NCBI GenBank assembly: GCA_951406725.2
Contig: OX597830.1
Coordinates: 29,078,001-29,142,000, forward strand
Direction of reading: 5' to 3'
DNA from: Octopus vulgaris
Lineage: Eukaryota
Length of the DNA: 64,000 nucleotides
A program made the translations under genes and the position numbers. The notes beneath the pieces were generated by a model. The model did not search any database. It had not been told where the DNA came from and worked only from the letters and a program-made list of their open reading frames with translations. Positions 61,003-64,000 of the stretch are shown in pieces. Within the stretch, counting starts at the first letter, position 1. Every line of letters starts with the position of its first letter.

Positions 61003-61093
61003 TATCTGATAGATAGATAGATAGATAGATAGATACAAGATACACACATATTCATATATATATATATATATATATATACATACATATATATCT

Positions 61094-61125
<32 letters not shown>

Positions 61126-61140
61126 CAAGATACACACATA

Positions 61141-61180
<40 letters not shown>
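60995..61180. repeat. Tandem duplication of an ~86-bp composite microsatellite unit
   Basis: catatatatct(gata)n caagatacacacatattc(at)n occurs twice. Confidence 0.85.
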
Positions 61181-61182
<2 letters not shown>

Positions 61183-62407
61183 AGTGCATATATACACACA
61201 GACACACACACATATATATACTCCTCTATGTATATATATATGGATGTACATATTTAAATATACCTCTGAATAAATGAATATGAATATATATATTTTTATA
61301 TGTATACACATATATATTTGTATATGCATGTATTTACAAGCAAAAATTGTATTTGTAAATATAATTGTGTACCTGCAAATTATGCTATATTTGGGTGTCA
61401 GAGTATTTGAATGCTAGACAACCCTTCATAGTTTCTCCTTCACATATTCCAAGTTTCTCTAAGCTATAATAATTTTGGGTATGCTTTAAAGGTTTTACTT
61501 TGTTACTAGCACATTCAAATATTGCCAGAGAAATCTATACATTGTTGAAAGTAGAAAACCACACATAAAATGCCCCTGTGCACTCCGGAGTCGTGCAAGC
61601 ATATAATTATATGAAGAGATGGATTTTTCACACGTGTTAGAAATTAGCACGTGCAAGGAGGCTGATGGAATCATGCACAAAAAACAGTTATGACACCTAC
61701 AATCATGGGCACAAATTTGACCATTAAAACATTAAAAAAAGTAAGCATATGTTTGGCGAAATGTATTTACAACGAAGAGGACACAAACGTTTTGATACGG
61801 ATGTAAAATGGGCGAACTCTTAGCTTTGCATTTACACAAACACACACACACATACACACAAACACACATATGGAATGAGAGAGAGATAGTGATAGATAGA
61901 TAGTTAGATAGACAGATACATACATACACACCTACATACACACATATATATATATATATACATACATGCAAGCATATGTACATTTATCTGTCTACCGATC
62001 GATCTGCGAAATTTCAGGCATCCAATATGCCTATTACTAAATCCACTGCGTCTGAATGCAAACATGTCCAACAATACATGCATACATACAAACACAGACA
62101 CTTACTCACCCCACCACACACACACATATATATGGTGTGGGGGGTGGGGTGATGGAAAGACAACGGAAGAGAAAGAGTAACCAAGTTAGTGTAGGTCAAG
62201 AAATGTGGGAGGAGCACGTCGTAGCGGATAAGGAACTCTTTTTTTCCGTATATTTATATGTTTATTTGGCTAAGTCTATATGGGTAAGTAAATAATTTAC
62301 GCGGTGAGACGGATTAAAGCTTATTTTTGTTCCTCTCTGTTTATATTTGTCGATGAATTTACACATGAATACATGTATACATATAGTTTTGCATGAATAT
62401 ATATTTG

Positions 62408-62480
<73 letters not shown>

Positions 62481-62621
62481 GAATATATATATGTATATAT
62501 GTATATATATATTTGTATATAAATAAATATACATATATATACACAAACACATATATATTTATATCAATCTATACTTCTATCTATCGATCTATACATAGAT
62601 ATACACACCCGCGTGCTGACA

Positions 62622-62652
<31 letters not shown>

Positions 62653-62725
62653 CGCTCTCTCTCTCTCTCTGTAGACATATATATATATATGTATATATGT
62701 TTGTATATATATGTATATATTCATG

Positions 62726-62804
<79 letters not shown>

Positions 62805-63869
62805 GCGCATATTGATATACATTGTGAGTGAATGACATTTGGAGTCTGAAACGGGTTGCATACGCTTTGTAGCAAGGCTGGACCCATTGAATATACAATT
62901 ATAATTATATGAGAGTTATGAGGTTTCACATATATTATCAGCATCTATTGAAAGCAAAATCTAAAATTACTAATGTAAACAAAGACCACGAATCGTAGTA
63001 TCAATCATAATAATAGGGAAGATGACCACAAGAGTAATTTTATAACAAATAATAATAATATTCAGTACAAAACCATCAAAATCAATACTAAATAAGTACA
63101 CAATATTTCTGCAGGGATCCATAAAACATATGAAAACAATAAGTTTGCATTCTGCAGATAATGATTTTGCATTGATTACATAGTTGTATAAAATAAATAT
63201 TGTTTATAATCAGAGAAGTCTATATGTATTAAATTTTCGTATTGTAGACGATTTCTCCACGAGTTACAGTACCTATACAAGTCAATAGATAAATATGTTT
63301 AAAACGAAATATTAACGCAAATTTCGTTTCATTGTTTGTAGTGGGGTACGTATGCATCCGTGATAGATAATATTACGTTTCCTTGCTACATTTCTTATGT
63401 CAAACGACATGTCTGTCCCATTGAATCCCTATACCTACTGGCTCTCGGAGCACTTTATGTAGGTGTAGACATGCATACATACATATATACATACACACAT
63501 ACATACAAACATTCAGTGCTAATTGAACAGCAGTAAGGCATTTTCTATTATACATGTACTATTCCAGGTATGTTATATCATGTCTTTATTTCTTATTGCA
63601 CATCCTATGTTTTTTAGTCTTTCGTCGCACACATTCGTCAGTCTTATTCTGTCTCTCTATGCTCTGGCGCTCCCGTTGATAACGGTGGTCTTGGTTTTAA
63701 ATAGCGTGAAACCACTAAGACGTCACGAAAACCAGCTGATAAGAAAATCGGCTGCCAATGTTTCTTGTATCGCGTTTTCGTCTCCCTTTTTTATCCCTTA
63801 TGTTTTCGCCCAGTTTTCATATAATTTTTCCTTCTATGTCTAACTTTTCAAAAATACATGCATATATGT

Positions 63870-63965
63870 ACGTCAAACTTCTTTCAGTTTCTTCCATTAT
63901 ATCCACTCGCAAGACTTTGGTCAAACCTGTAGTAGAAGACACTTGCCTAAGGCGCCACGCAGGAA
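63870..63965 (-). mobile_element. SINE family B fragment
   Basis: cttctttcagttt...atccactcgcaag...gtagaagacacttgcctaaggcgccacgcag. Confidence 0.8.
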
Positions 63966-64000
63966 TTGTTAAGACAATAGGATATTTTCCTACTTTTTTT

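Overview
AT-rich eukaryotic, largely non-coding window saturated with (TA)n, (CA)n, (TACA)n, (ATT)n and (CAT)n microsatellites. The SINE families and microsatellite load suggest a cephalopod (Octopus-like) genome; this is inferred from repeat content only. Nearly all track ORFs are microsatellite artefacts and no intact long CDS is visible. Recognisable content: a near-full-length IR/DR Tc1 (DD34E) transposon, deleted Tc1/mariner/maT derivatives, a hAT MITE, R4/Dong-, Tx1- and CR1-like LINE fragments, and three tRNA-derived SINE families. The two most interesting signals are (i) six dispersed minimal type-I hammerhead ribozyme motifs with palindromic stem III (Penelope/retrozyme type), two nearly intact and one inside a TSD-flanked inverted-repeat element, and (ii) a cluster of small minus-strand exon-like segments at 26.3-28.1 kb that splice into a Cys-rich peptide, with a MITE inserted exactly at one acceptor. 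Coordinates were read by eye; SINE ends are approximate.
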